A stretch of 64,000 bases of DNA. It comes from Eledone cirrhosa (lineage: Eukaryota). This document shows, piece after piece, positions 26,925-40,249 of this stretch (positions are counted from its first letter, which is position 1; every line of letters starts with the position of its first letter). The notes beneath the pieces were generated by a model. It did not search any database. It saw only the letters and a program-made list of their open reading frames with translations, and was not told the origin of the DNA. The position numbers were made by a program, and so were the translations under genes. The DNA is taken from contig OZ024740.1 of assembly GCA_964016885.1 (NCBI GenBank), positions 355,818,001 to 355,882,000 of the forward strand, given 5' to 3'.

Positions 26925-27302
26925 AGCACCCAATCCACTCTGTTGGTCATTTTGGTGCCATGATTTAAAAATCACACAGTCCATACTATAAGATGGTTGT
27001 GCTGGTGCCACAATAAAAAGCATCCAGTCCATCCTGTAAGATGGTTGTGCTGGTTGCACGACAAAAAGTGCCCAGTTCATCCTGCTTGATGATTATTTTG
27101 GGGCTACAATAAAAAGCACCCAATTCACACTGTAAAGTGATTGGAATTAGGAAGGGGATCTAGCCATAGAAACAGAGCCAAAATACAGATCCATATGCGC
27201 AAGATGTGGTCACCTGACTTGGCTTGTCTCATAACATGACAACCCATCTAAACCATGCAAGTGTAGAAAGGTAAACATTAAATGACGATGATCATGATGA
27301 TG
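26925..27302 (+). mobile_element. RTE-type 3' UTR fragment with internal ~45-bp tandem units and (GAT)n tail
   Basis: Repeated AAAAAGCACCCA..CACACTGTAAAGTG units and TTAGGAAGGG motif shared with the RTE 3' UTR. Confidence 0.7.
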
Positions 27303-28460
27303 TAGTATCATATTACTTCCTCTAATATTTAGCTGCATCTGCTAATCACTAAGTAAGCACTTGATAGTTAAAAAAAAAAAAATTTAAAACAAAGGCAAAT
27401 AAAATAAATAGAAAGGTGTGTGAAGTCGATGTTAATTAGTCAATGTAAGACTATTAAACATATGTAAGTTGCTGTGGTGGCAAAGGTAAATGTGAAAATG
27501 ATGGTTGTCAACTTACTACAAAATTGAATTATTCAAGTGAAATCAAATATTGTTGTAGTTACATGTTTACCAAGTGAAATACAAGTTTCCACTTTCTGCT
27601 TTCAAAAGTAAGTTGGATTTAATTCTCACCTCGAATATTGACACCATTCTCCTTCCAAACATTGGTTAGGTGTTGGAAAGAATAAAGCAATCAATTTTAA
27701 ATATTTTCTTAGCATTTCACTAACAACAAACAAGGCAGTTTGATAGGGCTGAGTAGCAAAAAAATAAGTTGAAGTTTTAGTTATAAAATTCAGTTTTATG
27801 TTTCATTAAATTCAGAAATTGGATGTAATAATTTTAAATTTTTTACTAAATTAAAACTAATTTTTTTTTAGTGTATATATATATCATTTATATTTTGTAT
27901 CGAAAATTGTGGAAAAAGCATAATTGTTTATAGGTTGCTAACATGTTAATCATTTCTGGTGGGGACAGAGACAAGGGAGTGTATGTAACTTAATGCAGAA
28001 CAAATATCTAAATCACCATGCTGCTATTCTTCATAATATATAAAATATATTATTTACTGGAGTATTGGTGGTGATAGTAGAGGGTAGTTCACTTCAGAAC
28101 CTTCTAGGTGGACACCCTAATTCACAATAAGCACATTACTATAATTTATTTTTTAAATCTAAGGTTACACCTTTGAAAAATAGTGGAGCAGTGCCATCCA
28201 GTGTCCCCAACCCACCCCTCTTGGTAGTGTCTCACATATGTAATATATGAGACTCTACCATATTTATATCATGTATGCAAAATACTCTCTCTACTAATTT
28301 GCTGACTTCTAGAGTATCTTTGGGTCAATCAAATGCATGGAAATGAAATTTAGTTAAGGAAAGTGTTCAGAATGTTAACAGTCTCAAGGGATTCTACACA
28401 TACTCATGGTATACATTGTTAGGTGATAAAGCTACAATGTTTTCTTGGTTAAAACATTCA

Positions 28461-28652
28461 TCAGCTGGCATTTGGGTATCTTTCATCATTTGGCTGAGCT
28501 AGCTCAGACATCCATGAGTCTAGCATGCCATCCATCATAAGTGTTGGGAGGTAATTAGGGGAGCATCCTGTGTCTCTACATAGTTGGTCTATGTAAGTTA
28601 AAGCTGGGCGGCCAACTTTTCTTTGACCACAGCTAGGTCTCCAAAGCAAAAG
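28461..28652 (-). mobile_element. RTE/RTE-X-like LINE 3' fragment
   Basis: LLWRPSCGQRKVGRPALTYIDQLCRDTG. Confidence 0.7.
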
Positions 28653-29010
28653 ATCACTATATTTAGCAGAATATATTATAATGCAAGAATTCAGATTAGC
28701 ACTTTGATCTTAAAATAACTTATTTCATACAAATCACAGAGAACCTTTAAAGTTCCACGTGGGCTGCACTTTCTTCTCTAACTAAACCACAAATCAATGT
28801 TAAAAACATTGATATGTGGGTTGAAAAATAGCATTTGAAATAAATCTCTTTTTTAATCTTCAATATAATGAAGTTAGAATATGAAACAATAACTATTGAT
28901 GTTAATATTGCTGTTAGGATTAATCTCACACTACTGCTGTTTATGTCATTGATCCTTAAATTTTGGTAAAAGATTTATATATTCTAGGAAGACAATGATA
29001 TCAATAATAA

Positions 29011-29222
29011 TGGTTTCTGATTTAGGAACAAGGCCAGTAATTTTGGGAAGGGGAAAGTTGATTAAATCGTTCCTAGTGCATTACTGGTGCATTATTTATC
29101 AACTCCATAAGGATAAAAGGTAAAGCTAACCTCGGTGGGATTTGAATTCAGAATGTAAAAGGCTGCAACTCTATATTGTGAAGCAGGGTCTCCAATGCTC
29201 TACCGATACTGCGAATCCACCA
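29011..29222 (-). mobile_element. SINE-A copy
   Basis: Homologous to 11190-11400. Confidence 0.8.
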
Positions 29223-29229
29223 TATATTC

Positions 29230-30027
29230 ACTATATATCTAAAACAGAATATCTGTCTGTCTGACTCCCTAAAACTCGAGAACCACCCAACCGATATTTT
29301 TCAAACTTTACACATGTAATACTTATGAGTGTTTTGAGCAACAAATATTTCAAATTTTCAATGCCTTAGGGACCGCATTAGGCGAAAAACGGCATATTTT
29401 AGGCTTTAAAGGCTTTTTTGAGGCATAACAGAACAATAATCCAGGCGATTGCTTCAAAATTTGCATTACTTGTGTTGTTTAAAGTATTTTGAACAAAAGA
29501 TTTTCTCATTTTTTGCCCCAGGGACCGCATTAGGTGAAAAACCGATTTTTTGAAGCATTTTGGTTGCATTAAGGCCTGTAACTCGAGAAGTACTCAACCG
29601 ATTTTTTTAAAACTTTGCATATGCATTACTTATGTTTCACAAATTCTCTTGACTGAAAAAGATTTCAAATTTTTGCCCGGGACCGCATTGTTTAGCATTT
29701 AGGTTGCGTTAGGGCCTGTAACCTTAAAAGTATCCAACTAAATTCCTTCATGCTTTCCACCACTGCAGTCCCACATGCTTACTGCTCTGTAACTATTGCT
29801 TTCATTGTACCATAGCACAACAAATACATGTTCGGTTTGTCGAATGCCCATTTACTTCGTGGGTTGAACATTTTACTCTCAGGCACCAAATTTTTTTTAT
29901 AAGTACAAAATGTAGACACCATCCCCAGGCCGAGGTATTCCGTACTTCTCTGTACTGTTTCAGAAAAGAGGGATAAACATGCCAATCTATGTTTAGAATC
30001 CCGAGCAACACCGGGCCATTCTGCTAG
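29230..30027 (+). mobile_element. Non-autonomous Helitron with internal degenerate tandem repeats
   Basis: 5' CTATATATCTAAAA and (TCTG)n; recurring GGGACCGCATT at about 150-bp spacing (about 29369, 29521, 29678); 3' hairpin CCCG..CGGG then CTAG|T. Confidence 0.7.
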
Positions 30028-30789
30028 TCTAATACTAAAATAATTGTTTCTACTTTAGGCAGAAGGCCATCAATACTAAAATAATGTTTATAGTATAATC
30101 AATTGAAAACACAAGCTTAATAATAATAGTTGTTTTACTAAATCCCTCCAAATTCTTGATTATTTTAAAAATGATTTGAAAATTATAAGCAGTGTCTTTT
30201 ATTAGAAATATGATAATGAAAAGGTTAATGATAAACCAAGAAGTTTGTATGCAATAAGGACTAATGAACAACAATAAAATTGATGTGTACTAAAGTAATT
30301 GACATTTGTGAATATTTTACCAATTTGGTTTGAACTCATTATCTTGTAAGGAGATAATTTAAAAAAGCCACAAAAAAACAAAGAAAACAAGAACAAATAT
30401 AGTCTTCTTACAGAGTAACTAATCATCTCTGTTGAAGTGATGGTAACCAGTGGAGAGAAAGTAATAGCAAAGTTTCCTTTTTATTGGTCAGTTTATGACC
30501 CTTTAGGATGGAGGATAGAGTTAAATAGCTGGGGTAATTCTACCAACGTCCAGTTTGAATTACTGATGGAAGAAAAGAATATTGAAAAAGTTTTATACAG
30601 CTGGGTTTTTTTCAGGAAGTGTGATGTGGCACAGTCAACAAGTTCAGAAGATTAGAGGCCACAATAGTGTCAGAAGAAAAGAAAAAAAAAAGAAGGAATA
30701 CACTTTATTAATGGAGCAGTCATTATTGTTAGTGTGGTTTTCATATTTCTTTTGAATGGTGTTTGAATAGTAAATGGATATCTAGAGTA

Positions 30790-31050
30790 GTTCTTCAGAA
30801 CCAAATGATATTCCATTAATAAAACATGCTCTCCACATTCCTCTACAGCTGTGAAAGATAACAGCTGAAAACCATCCAGGAGGAAAAATCTAGACACTTT
30901 TAATGGCAGATACCTTTGCATGATGCTTGGCATCAACTGAAATGATTTTGTGTCAAATGAGAAAGGCCCAAAAGATATAAACAATGCCCAGTAATATTCG
31001 CCATTTGCAAAATATGTATTCCTTACTTGGGTCATGACTAAGTCTGTCAC
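30790..31050 (+). mobile_element. Degraded RTE-type LINE fragment
   Basis: KNLDTFNGRYLCMMLGIN*NDFVSNE, a typical RTE post-RT segment. Confidence 0.55.
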
Positions 31051-31317
31051 CTTGTAGACCTGTAAACTAAACCCTTAATTGAACCATGACAGGCCAAATA
31101 AAGAGAACATAAGCCAAAATCAACTTATGCCAGTCAATAGAGACCTACATATTATCAACAAGGAATGAAATGTCACCAGAAAACTGTTGCAACAGTCGCA
31201 TTCTTAATTTTATTCTCCCAGCAATCAACCATATGTTTGTTTTGAACAGAATTGAAAGAAAAAGCAGCCATATATAACCCTTGCTGAATTTAATATTATA
31301 ATAATTATATAGCAGAT

Positions 31318-31492
31318 GTAGACCCCGAGCAAGATGGTTGGATAACATCCATGAGTTTGGCTAGATTCCCAAGTGTGACCAGCCAGATCAGTTAGAGACA
31401 ATTGCTTCTGGCAGAACCTGCTGGAGGGAGTGTTTGAGGACTCTGCCCCCACGACCCTCTCAGGAATAAGTGGGCGAAGAAAAGAAGAAGAA
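31318..31492 (+). mobile_element. RTE LINE 3' end with (GAA)n tail
   Basis: Homologous to 5160-5320 in the opposite orientation. Confidence 0.8.
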
Positions 31493-32119
31493 TTATATAG
31501 TATGTAATGAACTCTATTTATACACATTAACAAATATACATTTCTATTAATTTACTCACTAGTACTTCAAGCCACAGGTGTTTTTATTGTGTAGATCACC
31601 AGCAGTAGGGAAGTTGTCATGTCCTTAACACAACTGAAAGCTCCTCCCAACCCATTGTTTAGCAAGCTTTTTATGGCTGGATGCCCTTTCCATCACCAAT
31701 CACTTTACAGCATCTGCTGGGTGTGTTTATCATGTAGATCTCCAACACTAAGGTTGTTGTTGTGTCTGTGACAAAACTAAAGGGTCCTCCCAATCCTTTT
31801 ATGCATGGTTTCTACAGTGGGATGCCCTTCCTGCCACCAACCACCCTTACGGGGTATATCAAGTGCATTTTTGTGGCAACATCACTAGAGAGGGTGGGTA
31901 ATAGGGGAAGCAGATAGGTATATGTGGGGATTTGGCAGATAAAGGGGTATAGGGTAGGGGTGGCTGATTAGTGCATAGAGAGAGGGGAATGTAGTGGTAT
32001 CAGGGATGTGATGAATAGGGTGGGGGGAATGGTCGAGAGATAGGTAGGGGGTAAGGGATGAGTAAGGGGTAGGAGTAGCTGATTAGTGTATAGTTAGAGG
32101 GGATGTAGTGAGTGGTGTG

Positions 32120-32816
32120 GGGGATGTGGTCAATATGACTTGGTGTTGGAACAATAAGGTAGATGAGGCAATTAAGGCTAAAAGACAGGCATGGAAACAA
32201 TGGAAGAATGGGGGAAGCAGGGTACATTACATAGAGACCAGGAGGGAAGCTAGGCAACAAGTATACTTAGCTAGAAGGGAAGTGGAGGATAAAAAAATCA
32301 AGCATGTTTTGCAGCATGAGGACCAGAAACAGGAGGTGTTCAGGATTGCGAGGCAGTGTGTTAGAGAAAATTGTGATGTCATTGGAGAAAAGTGTGTCTG
32401 GGATGATAAAAGTGAGCTTGCCCTCACAAGTGCCGAGAAGAAAGAGACCTTACCCCAAGTAGACGCCAGAGAGGGCCCAGCAGTACAAGTCAGCAGAAGT
32501 GTAGTAAGTAAGGCAATTAAGGATATGAAGACTGGGAAAGCAACCAGTCCATCGGGTATAGCTGCCGAGATGCTGAAAGTATCTGAGTCGGTAGGTCACA
32601 CCATAACCACATGTATTATTAACCAAGCAATACTAGAGGGCCTCATATGAAATGATTGGCACAACAGCATCATTGTCAATTGCTACAAGGGTAAAGGAGA
32701 TGCATTAGATAGAGGAAACTATAGAGATATAAAGCTGATGGACCAGGTCATGAAAGTAACAGAAAGAGTTATAGCACAGCTGATTAATCTAGACCAGGTA
32801 AATCTAGATGAGATGG
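32120..32816 (+). pseudogene. RTE LINE internal fragment (linker and start of RT)
   Basis: TWCWNNKVDEAIKAK...KAIKDMKTGKA...CYKGKGDALDRGNYRDIKL; stops and deletions present. Confidence 0.9.
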
Positions 32817-33897
32817 AACCCTAACTTAACCTTATTCTTAACCATAACTCTAATCCTAAACTTAGTCCAAACTCTGATGTGTATATCCACAATGAATCCA
32901 GTGAATTGTATAAGATATTTTCATTTTCTTAATTTGAGATCACTGATTTCAATGGTTTCTTCCCCACATTTAAAAAAAATATTTGGATCTTTCTTAGCAA
33001 TTTTATTTTGTTTCATTGATATTGCTTGAAATCAATATATTCACCATCTTAAGCCACTGCAGCCCGTCAACTTCATAAACCTTCCTTGATAGAACAGGAT
33101 ATTTGTTAGAGTTACTTTAGTTTTTGGTTACAAATATGAAAGGTTCCACAATAGTTAAACCATATGAAGGCCTTTATTTCATCAATAATTAATTACAAAT
33201 AATTGGTGTTGGTTTTATATCCTGAACTGAAAACAGCAGTTAATAACTCTGTTTTATCAATTCACTCCCACAGAGTCATTATTCTTGACAAGTTTATTTG
33301 CAATTGAAAATGGACAGTAATTGGGATTTCTTGTAATTAAAGAAAATTAGGTAATTAACTAAATGAACCAATATTTGATTTTGACAGAATCATTGTGGCT
33401 TTTTCCAATTGGATAAAGTGTTAACTTTTCTGAAAAAGTAATGTGAGTCTGTATCCTGTCACTAGTGCAGGTGTTATTGTTATTTAACCCTAGGTTAGAT
33501 CTGATAAAGAAAACCTATGATTAAAACTCATTCCAGCCATCACCATCTTGTCATTTTTGTTTTTCAAATACAATTATCCGATGTGTCCCTTTCTTATTAA
33601 GTTGTGTAGGGTGTAATTTGAGGGAGATTTGACTGCTATTTCTCACTGATTGAGTAACCATTTAGAGAAGTTCCCTACAGTGTTCTATTCTGAGCACAGT
33701 AGTGAAATACTTTTGTTCTGCCTGCTTATCACTTGACTCTTTTGATACCAAACCACCTGAAACCAGCCATGTTTCTATGATATTAAGCTGCTTATTTTAA
33801 AGTGTTTATCTTTATGCATATACACACTTCCATGAACAACACACTTAACACCTGCACATGCACACACACAACATAATATGCATCACATCAACTACAT

Positions 33898-34246
33898 CAG
33901 TGGTTTCCAACCTTTCGGACCTCGCGGATGACTAAATTCATAATCTTAAATCCCGCAGACCACTAATATGAATTAATGGCCAATGGCCGAAACAATACTG
34001 AAGCATACATGTCTCATATTGTCGATAGATGATACATATGTGTAAAATACTTTTATGTATGTTAGTTCATTACTGAGAAGAAATATTTTTTGGTGAGGTT
34101 ATAAAATATATTTTAACCGAATATTATTTTTGTTGTATTGTTAATAAAACATAAAAATTGCAAATAATGTTCACATTTTTCTGCAGACAACCAAAATTTT
34201 CTCTTGGACCACAAGTTGTCTGCTGACCACTGGTTCATGACTGCTG
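33898..34246. mobile_element. hAT-type MITE
   Basis: Perfect 8-bp TSD AACTACAT (33890-33897 and 34247-34254); TIR CAGTGGTTTCCAACC / GGTTCATGACTGCTG. Confidence 0.88.
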
Positions 34247-34621
34247 AACTACATGTCTGCATACCTCACCTTGACCCCCACCCTCGTACATCAGACCACT
34301 TCCCCACTCATCATAACTCCTCCTCCCCACTCCTCTCCTTTTAATTTTAATCTTAATTTTTTATTTCCTTTGCATTTTTTTTATTGTGTCTTTATTCCTT
34401 TTATTCCTGATGAAAGGCAAATGCCTGACATGTTGACTGTTTAACTCTCTTTCTTTTAAGCTTGAAACTAATAAGACTTTATGTTAATGCATCGTCTTGT
34501 TTGTTTGTTGTTTACTTGATATATATATATGTGTGTATATGTGTTTGTATATGTGTATATATATATATGTATGTGTGTATATATTATATGTGTGTATGTG
34601 TGTATATATATATATATATAT

Positions 34622-36046
34622 ACAAAGTTAGGATTAGCAAAGTTAGGATTAGCAATGAGTATAGCGAGGAATTTAGCGTACAGGTTGGGGTCCACCAGGG
34701 CTCTGTTCTTAGCCCTCTCCTGTTCATCATAGTCCTGCAGGCAATAACGGAGGAGTTTAAGACCGGATGCCCATGGGAACTCCTGTATGCTGATGACCTC
34801 GCACTCATAGCTGAATCTATGAATCTATAAATCTATAAATTCCAAACCTGGAAGCAGGGACTAGAGAGAAAGGGCCTCAAAGTCAACATGACAAAGACTA
34901 AGGTCCTTATAAGTAGACGAGAAAACAGAACCCAGATCCCCTCAGGGAAATGGCCTTGCTCAGTATGTATGAAAGGTGTAGGTAGGAACTCCATTCTCTG
35001 CCCCAAATGCAAACAATGGGTACACAAGAGATGTAGCGGGATCTCAGGAAGCTTAATTAAGAATGTAGGATTCACATGCAGCAGCTGTGCTGAAACAGCA
35101 AGCAAACAGCCACAGGAAACAAGTACCACCAATCTCTGGGAGGGCCCTGTAGAAACAGTAGACAGCTTCTGCTACCTAGGTGACCGAATTAGCAACGGAG
35201 GTGGGTGCTCAGAAAGTACAATAACTAGGGTAAGAACGGGATGGAAGAAGTTTAGGGAACTACTACCACTGCTAGCTGCAAAAGGCTTCTCCCTCAGAAT
35301 GAAAGGCAGACTGTATGATGCGTGTATCCGAACAGCGATGTTGCATGGTAGTGAGACCTGGGCGCTGAAGGTGGAAGACTTACGTAGATTAGAGAGAAAC
35401 GAAGCCTGCATGCTCCGATGGATGTGTAACAGTAATATAGGTGAACGACAAAGCATAAAGGAATTGAGAGAGAGACTGAGCATAAGAGGAATCAAATGCT
35501 GCGTGCAGGAGAGGCGGTTACGCTGGTATGGACATGTGATGCGTATGAAGGATGACAGCTGCATAAAAAGGTGCAGAGCACTAGAAGTTGATGGAAACCG
35601 CGGAGTGGGGAGACCCAAGATGACTTGGGATGAGGTGATAAAAGCCGACCTTACCCAACTACACCTCTCAAAGACAATGACACACGACCGTGACTTCTGG
35701 CGTCACGCAGTAATACAGGGTACCCGACCTCCCATGGGTACATGCTGAAGCATATAAACAATATGCCCCCACTCCCCCCACCGCAAGGTGGTCGTGGAGG
35801 TGCCACGGCAAAAAAGCACCCAGCCCACACTGTAAAGTGGACGTGTAGGCGCCACGAAAAAGCACCCAGCACTCACTGTAAATGAGGTTGGTGTTAGGAA
35901 GGGCATCCAGCTGTAGAAATCAAGCCAGATCAGTTCCTGTATGAGCAAGGCATGGTCAGCCGACCAGACACTGCCCACAACAGGACAACCCGTCTAACCC
36001 ATGCTAGCGTGGAAGAACGGACGTAAAACGGTGATGATGATGATGA

Positions 36047-36050
<4 letters not shown>
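34622..36050 (+). mobile_element. RTE LINE, 5'-truncated (RT C-half, PHD finger, 3' UTR, (GAT)n tail)
   Basis: GVHQGSVLSPLLF, LLYADDL, one disruption at about 34820-34840, then 286-aa ORF 34888-35748; flanked by (TA)n. Confidence 0.93.
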
Positions 36051-36114
<64 letters not shown>

Positions 36115-36765
36115 GTATGTATATATATATATGTTTATATATATATATCAGGTCGCTCTTCAGCGCTACTGGTAACATGTAACCCAGTACAACCTGTGCA
36201 TAGTCAGGTCATCGGCGACTAAACCGGCAACCCCACCAAGCCTGCTTACTGAGGAGGGTGATTTTGGACACCCTGCAGGATGAAAAACAAAACCCGTCGA
36301 AGGGAAGAGGAACTCATGAGAGTCAACAGCCATCAAATAAAATTTTATTTATTTATTATTATTATTTTTGGGGAATCTCTCCAGGAGAAAGTCACTCTGA
36401 TATAAAACCTGCGACTTTCTTTGCTTCCAATGACGTAGACCAGTTCTTCTTTTTGGACCAAATGCATTTAATGTTCAGATAGTGAGATTGGTCCTGTGCA
36501 AGGCCTTTCCTCACTTAAAAAAACTTCAAGCTCAGGTATCGTTTGATATGTGATATTTTTTTATGCATGGCATTGCTGGCCATAGGCAAGTTCCTAACAT
36601 GACTAAAAAGCCGCGTCTCTAATGCTCATGCTTAAGTATCATATCAAGTGATTGCATTACCCCAAATCAAGTTGCAGCCATCATATGCATATGTATATGT
36701 GTGTATATATATATATATGTGTGTGTGTATATATATATATATATATTGTTTGATATATATATGAA

Positions 36766-37090
36766 GGCACATGGCTTAGTGGTTAGAGCATTGGCTTTGC
36801 AATCGAAAGGTTGTGAGTTCAATTCTCAGACCGGGTGATGTGTTGTTTCCTTGAGCAAGACACTTTATTTCACATTGCTCTAGTTTACTCAGCTGTAGAA
36901 ATGAGATGATAGGGACCTCAGTCCCTATCATTCCACTGCAAAGTGGTCGTGGAGGTGCCACGGCAAAAAATCACTCACTGTAAATGAGGTTGGTGTTAGG
37001 AAGGGCATCCAGCTGTAGAAATCAAGCCACAATCAGTTCCCGTCCCACCCTTGCAAGCAGGGAAAAGTGGACGTAAAATGATGATGATGA
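36766..37090 (+). mobile_element. CORE-type SINE B carrying an RTE-derived 3' tail
   Basis: tRNA head and CORE-like block, followed by GTGGTCGTGGAGGTGCCACGGC...GTTAGGAAGGGCATCCAGCTGTAGAAATCAAGCC, closely matching the RTE 3' UTR at 35788-35927; (GAT)n tail. Confidence 0.85.
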
Positions 37091-38497
37091 TATATATATG
37101 TGTATATGTGTATATATATATATGTATATATATATATATGTATATATATATGTATATATATATATATATGTGTGTATATATATATATGTGTGTATATATA
37201 CACACACACATATATATATTATATTTATGTACATACATAGATATGTATGTGTATGGATGTATATTACTTACATGATTGGAATATGGTTGATTAAATTGAC
37301 TTTAAGACTTATTTTATGAACTCTGGAAGGATGGAAAGTAAAGTTAATCTTGGCAGGATTTATATATAGTGGGATGAAACTAAATACTATAAGTCCAGTA
37401 ATCTACATTCCAACCACCTCACTACAGTCATACTATAAAGCTAACAACAACAACTACTACTTCTACCACCACTACTACCACTAAATCTAAAAATGCCATT
37501 TTTTGTTTTGTTTGATAGTATACTATATCATTCAAGTCTTCAGGAAAAACGAGAATTTAAAAGTTTTTGTTTCTCATTTATAAATAAAATAAAGTTGCTG
37601 AGATCACTTTAATTTAGTATGACAATGTAAACCTTTAAAAAATGGATGGAGTTATCCTTCTATATGTCACTGAGAAATGATGCAGAATAAAATTGTTTAC
37701 AATAAAATCATATGAAAAATGAATTACTCAATTAGAATTGGATGTATCTTTGAACTTCTTTTATACTACTGTAAGCTGTTCATTATCAGAGATAATGTGA
37801 GATATTCCACTAAAAGTATTTATTGATCTTTCCAAAGACAGACAAAACTTACTCGTCAAGTCAAAAATGATTTTCTTTTTTGCAAGGATATTTTTAAAAG
37901 GTTGTCTTTTCTTTTTTTTTTTTTCCTATTATATCAGAAGCGTGATAAACTGCTTTTGTTTTATCATCTATATCTAATGTGATACATATGAAATCATTTA
38001 TTGGAAAACATAAAGTACTGAAAAAAACAACAAAAAAAAACAAACAGATCAGATCTATTATCTAAGTTTTCACTATCGAGAGGGCAAAAGTTATATATGC
38101 TGACTTGTTTGTAACAAGCTTTTACAACATTATAGAAGGGCGTTTGAAGTTTAATGTCATCTTTTTTTAACATTATCTGATCAGTTCTTATACTAATTGG
38201 AAGTCTCCATGACCTTACCTGATAACTGACTCCTGTTTACATGGAATATTCCTGTTTTGGAAAATTGGTTACTTTGTAAGCCTGCTCCATTGTTTTCTAA
38301 GTGACTTATCTTACCAACCTCCAGTTGATGATGGATAGACATCCAACACTTCATGTTTGTTGAGGGTGACATAATATTATTCCATACACATAATATGCAC
38401 ACATATATCACCCTGCAATATGGCTTTTGTCTATGGATCATTGAAATCATACTTTACATCAAACTGCACACATCAGTGTGTGTCTTTAACTCTTCAA

Positions 38498-38764
38498 CCC
38501 TTTCGTTACCATATTTCTAATGAAAGACACTGCCTATGGTTTTCAAGTAATTTTGAAAATAATAAAAAATTTGGAATGATTTTGTAACATATCTAACTTT
38601 CTCACTATTAATTTGGTGTTTGAAGTGTAGCTTAAAGGTTCTACAAAGATTTATGTTGGAAGACTTTTAGATAAATATAAACACTTTTAAACAAACAGTT
38701 TTGTATCATAAAACTATGGGCAGTTTCAGGCAGCTTGGAAATAAGATATTCTTGAAAAGATTAA
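38498..38764 (-). mobile_element. piggyBac-type MITE family 2, degraded
   Basis: CCCTTTCGTTACCATATTTC terminus; similar to the reverse complement of 51600-51836; further degraded copies near 18100-18320, 30060-30228 and 54370-54600. Confidence 0.55.
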
Positions 38765-39539
38765 AACAACATTATAGCTACATCACATTAGAAATTTATG
38801 TCTTTAGCTTACTGGAAATTTCATAATGATCTGTTTTCTAGCAAAGATACTATACTAAAATCACGTTTTAAAAATATTTTCTGCTAAATTATTGCAAGAT
38901 GTTCAAAGTTAATGCTATAATTACTTTATTTTTCTATCACACATTCACTATAGAATCTTGAGGCATGTCGCCATCTCAATAATATAATTGTATTGCAGCT
39001 ATGGCTTTATCATTGCTTTAACCATTATAAGCTGACTGAACCAATCTATCATACCTTACCATTTCCCTGTTTCAAAGAAGAAAGGGCCAATTGCTTTAGA
39101 AAAAAAAATATAGGCATATAGCGAAGCGTATACCCTATATTTATAATAAAGATGCATGACTCATTGTGGGTATATTAAACTGTGATCATGTTACAGCTAC
39201 CTCATTAACTGTGTGAGAACATCATATACTAGTATTTCAGGATCTTTATCCATCATTAGTGATGTTTACCATAAACAAGCACAAAATGATGCTGTTACTC
39301 CCTTTTAGGCTATCAAGGGAAGCCATACACACACCCCAATATGTCAAATACATTCCACTTGCTTCAAGGCCACCTACATGACCCCTCCCCTGGCAGTGTG
39401 GTGTCTGTACCCCAGCCTTAATTCTGACCAAGAACACTGGCGTAATGAGGTAGTGCTGGAGCCATGACAAAAGCACCCAGTCCACCCTGTAAGGTGGTTG
39501 TGCTGGTGTCGTGACAAAAAGCTTACAGTCTACCCTGTG

Positions 39540-39833
39540 AAGTGGTAGTGCAGGTTGTGAATGACCATGGGATTTGCACCTAGAAAGTTCCCCTCCAAGA
39601 CACAAGGCCAGGCAAGACTTTGTGAAAGAGCAGCAGTTACCCAGGAGTACCAGTCTACCCTCTCCACACCACTGATGTTGTCCAAGGGAAAGGTAGTGAT
39701 GTTGCAACTCATTTCTATAGCTGAGTAAACTGGAACAACATGAAATAAAGTGTCTTGCTCATGGACACATGCATCACCCAAACCAGGAATCAAACTCACC
39801 TCATTGTAAGCCCAACATTTTAACCACTAGGCT
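39540..39833 (-). mobile_element. CORE-type SINE B copy
   Basis: CTCATTTCTATAGCTGAGTAAACTGG..TGAAATAAAGTGTCTTGCTCA block. Confidence 0.75.
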
Positions 39834-39975
39834 ATACACATTAATAAATGTATATATATGTATATATATATATATAAAATGATTCCAGTTCCTCAGGAGC
39901 TGGACATATCGATGTATTGACGGAGTAAAACACACTTCAACAACATGTGTATCTGTCTTTCCCACACCAATCCGG

Positions 39976-40030
39976 ACTGCCTGAAGAGGTCGCAGCCAAT
40001 GATGGCTGTCACCGAAATATATATAACAGT
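39976..40030 (+). ncRNA. Type I hammerhead ribozyme motif with intact core
   Basis: ACTGC CTGAAGA GGT-C-GCAGCCA ATGA TGGCTGT-C-ACC GAA ATATATAT A ACAGT. Confidence 0.8.
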
Positions 40031-40249
40031 ATATCTATAATTTATAAACGAAGCCAAATTTTACATATTTGACTTAATTATTTTACATTACTCCAGAGTA
40101 AACAAACCAACCTGCGTACTTCGTCGAGTGCTCCAATCTGCACACTGAGGTGTCGGTAAATAACCAACATATACTCAAAATATATATATAAATAAAGGGT
40201 GCATTGTGGCCTAGTGGTTATATATTGCTTGTTACTGTTATATGCTTTA

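Noticed and set aside
34407-34435. CTGATGA-AAGGC-AAAT-GCCT-GACA hammerhead-like remnant (similar weak hits at about 26202, 48388 and 58390)
   Set aside because: GAAA is mutated and stems I/III cannot be formed convincingly; possibly old PLE debris, but not supportable.
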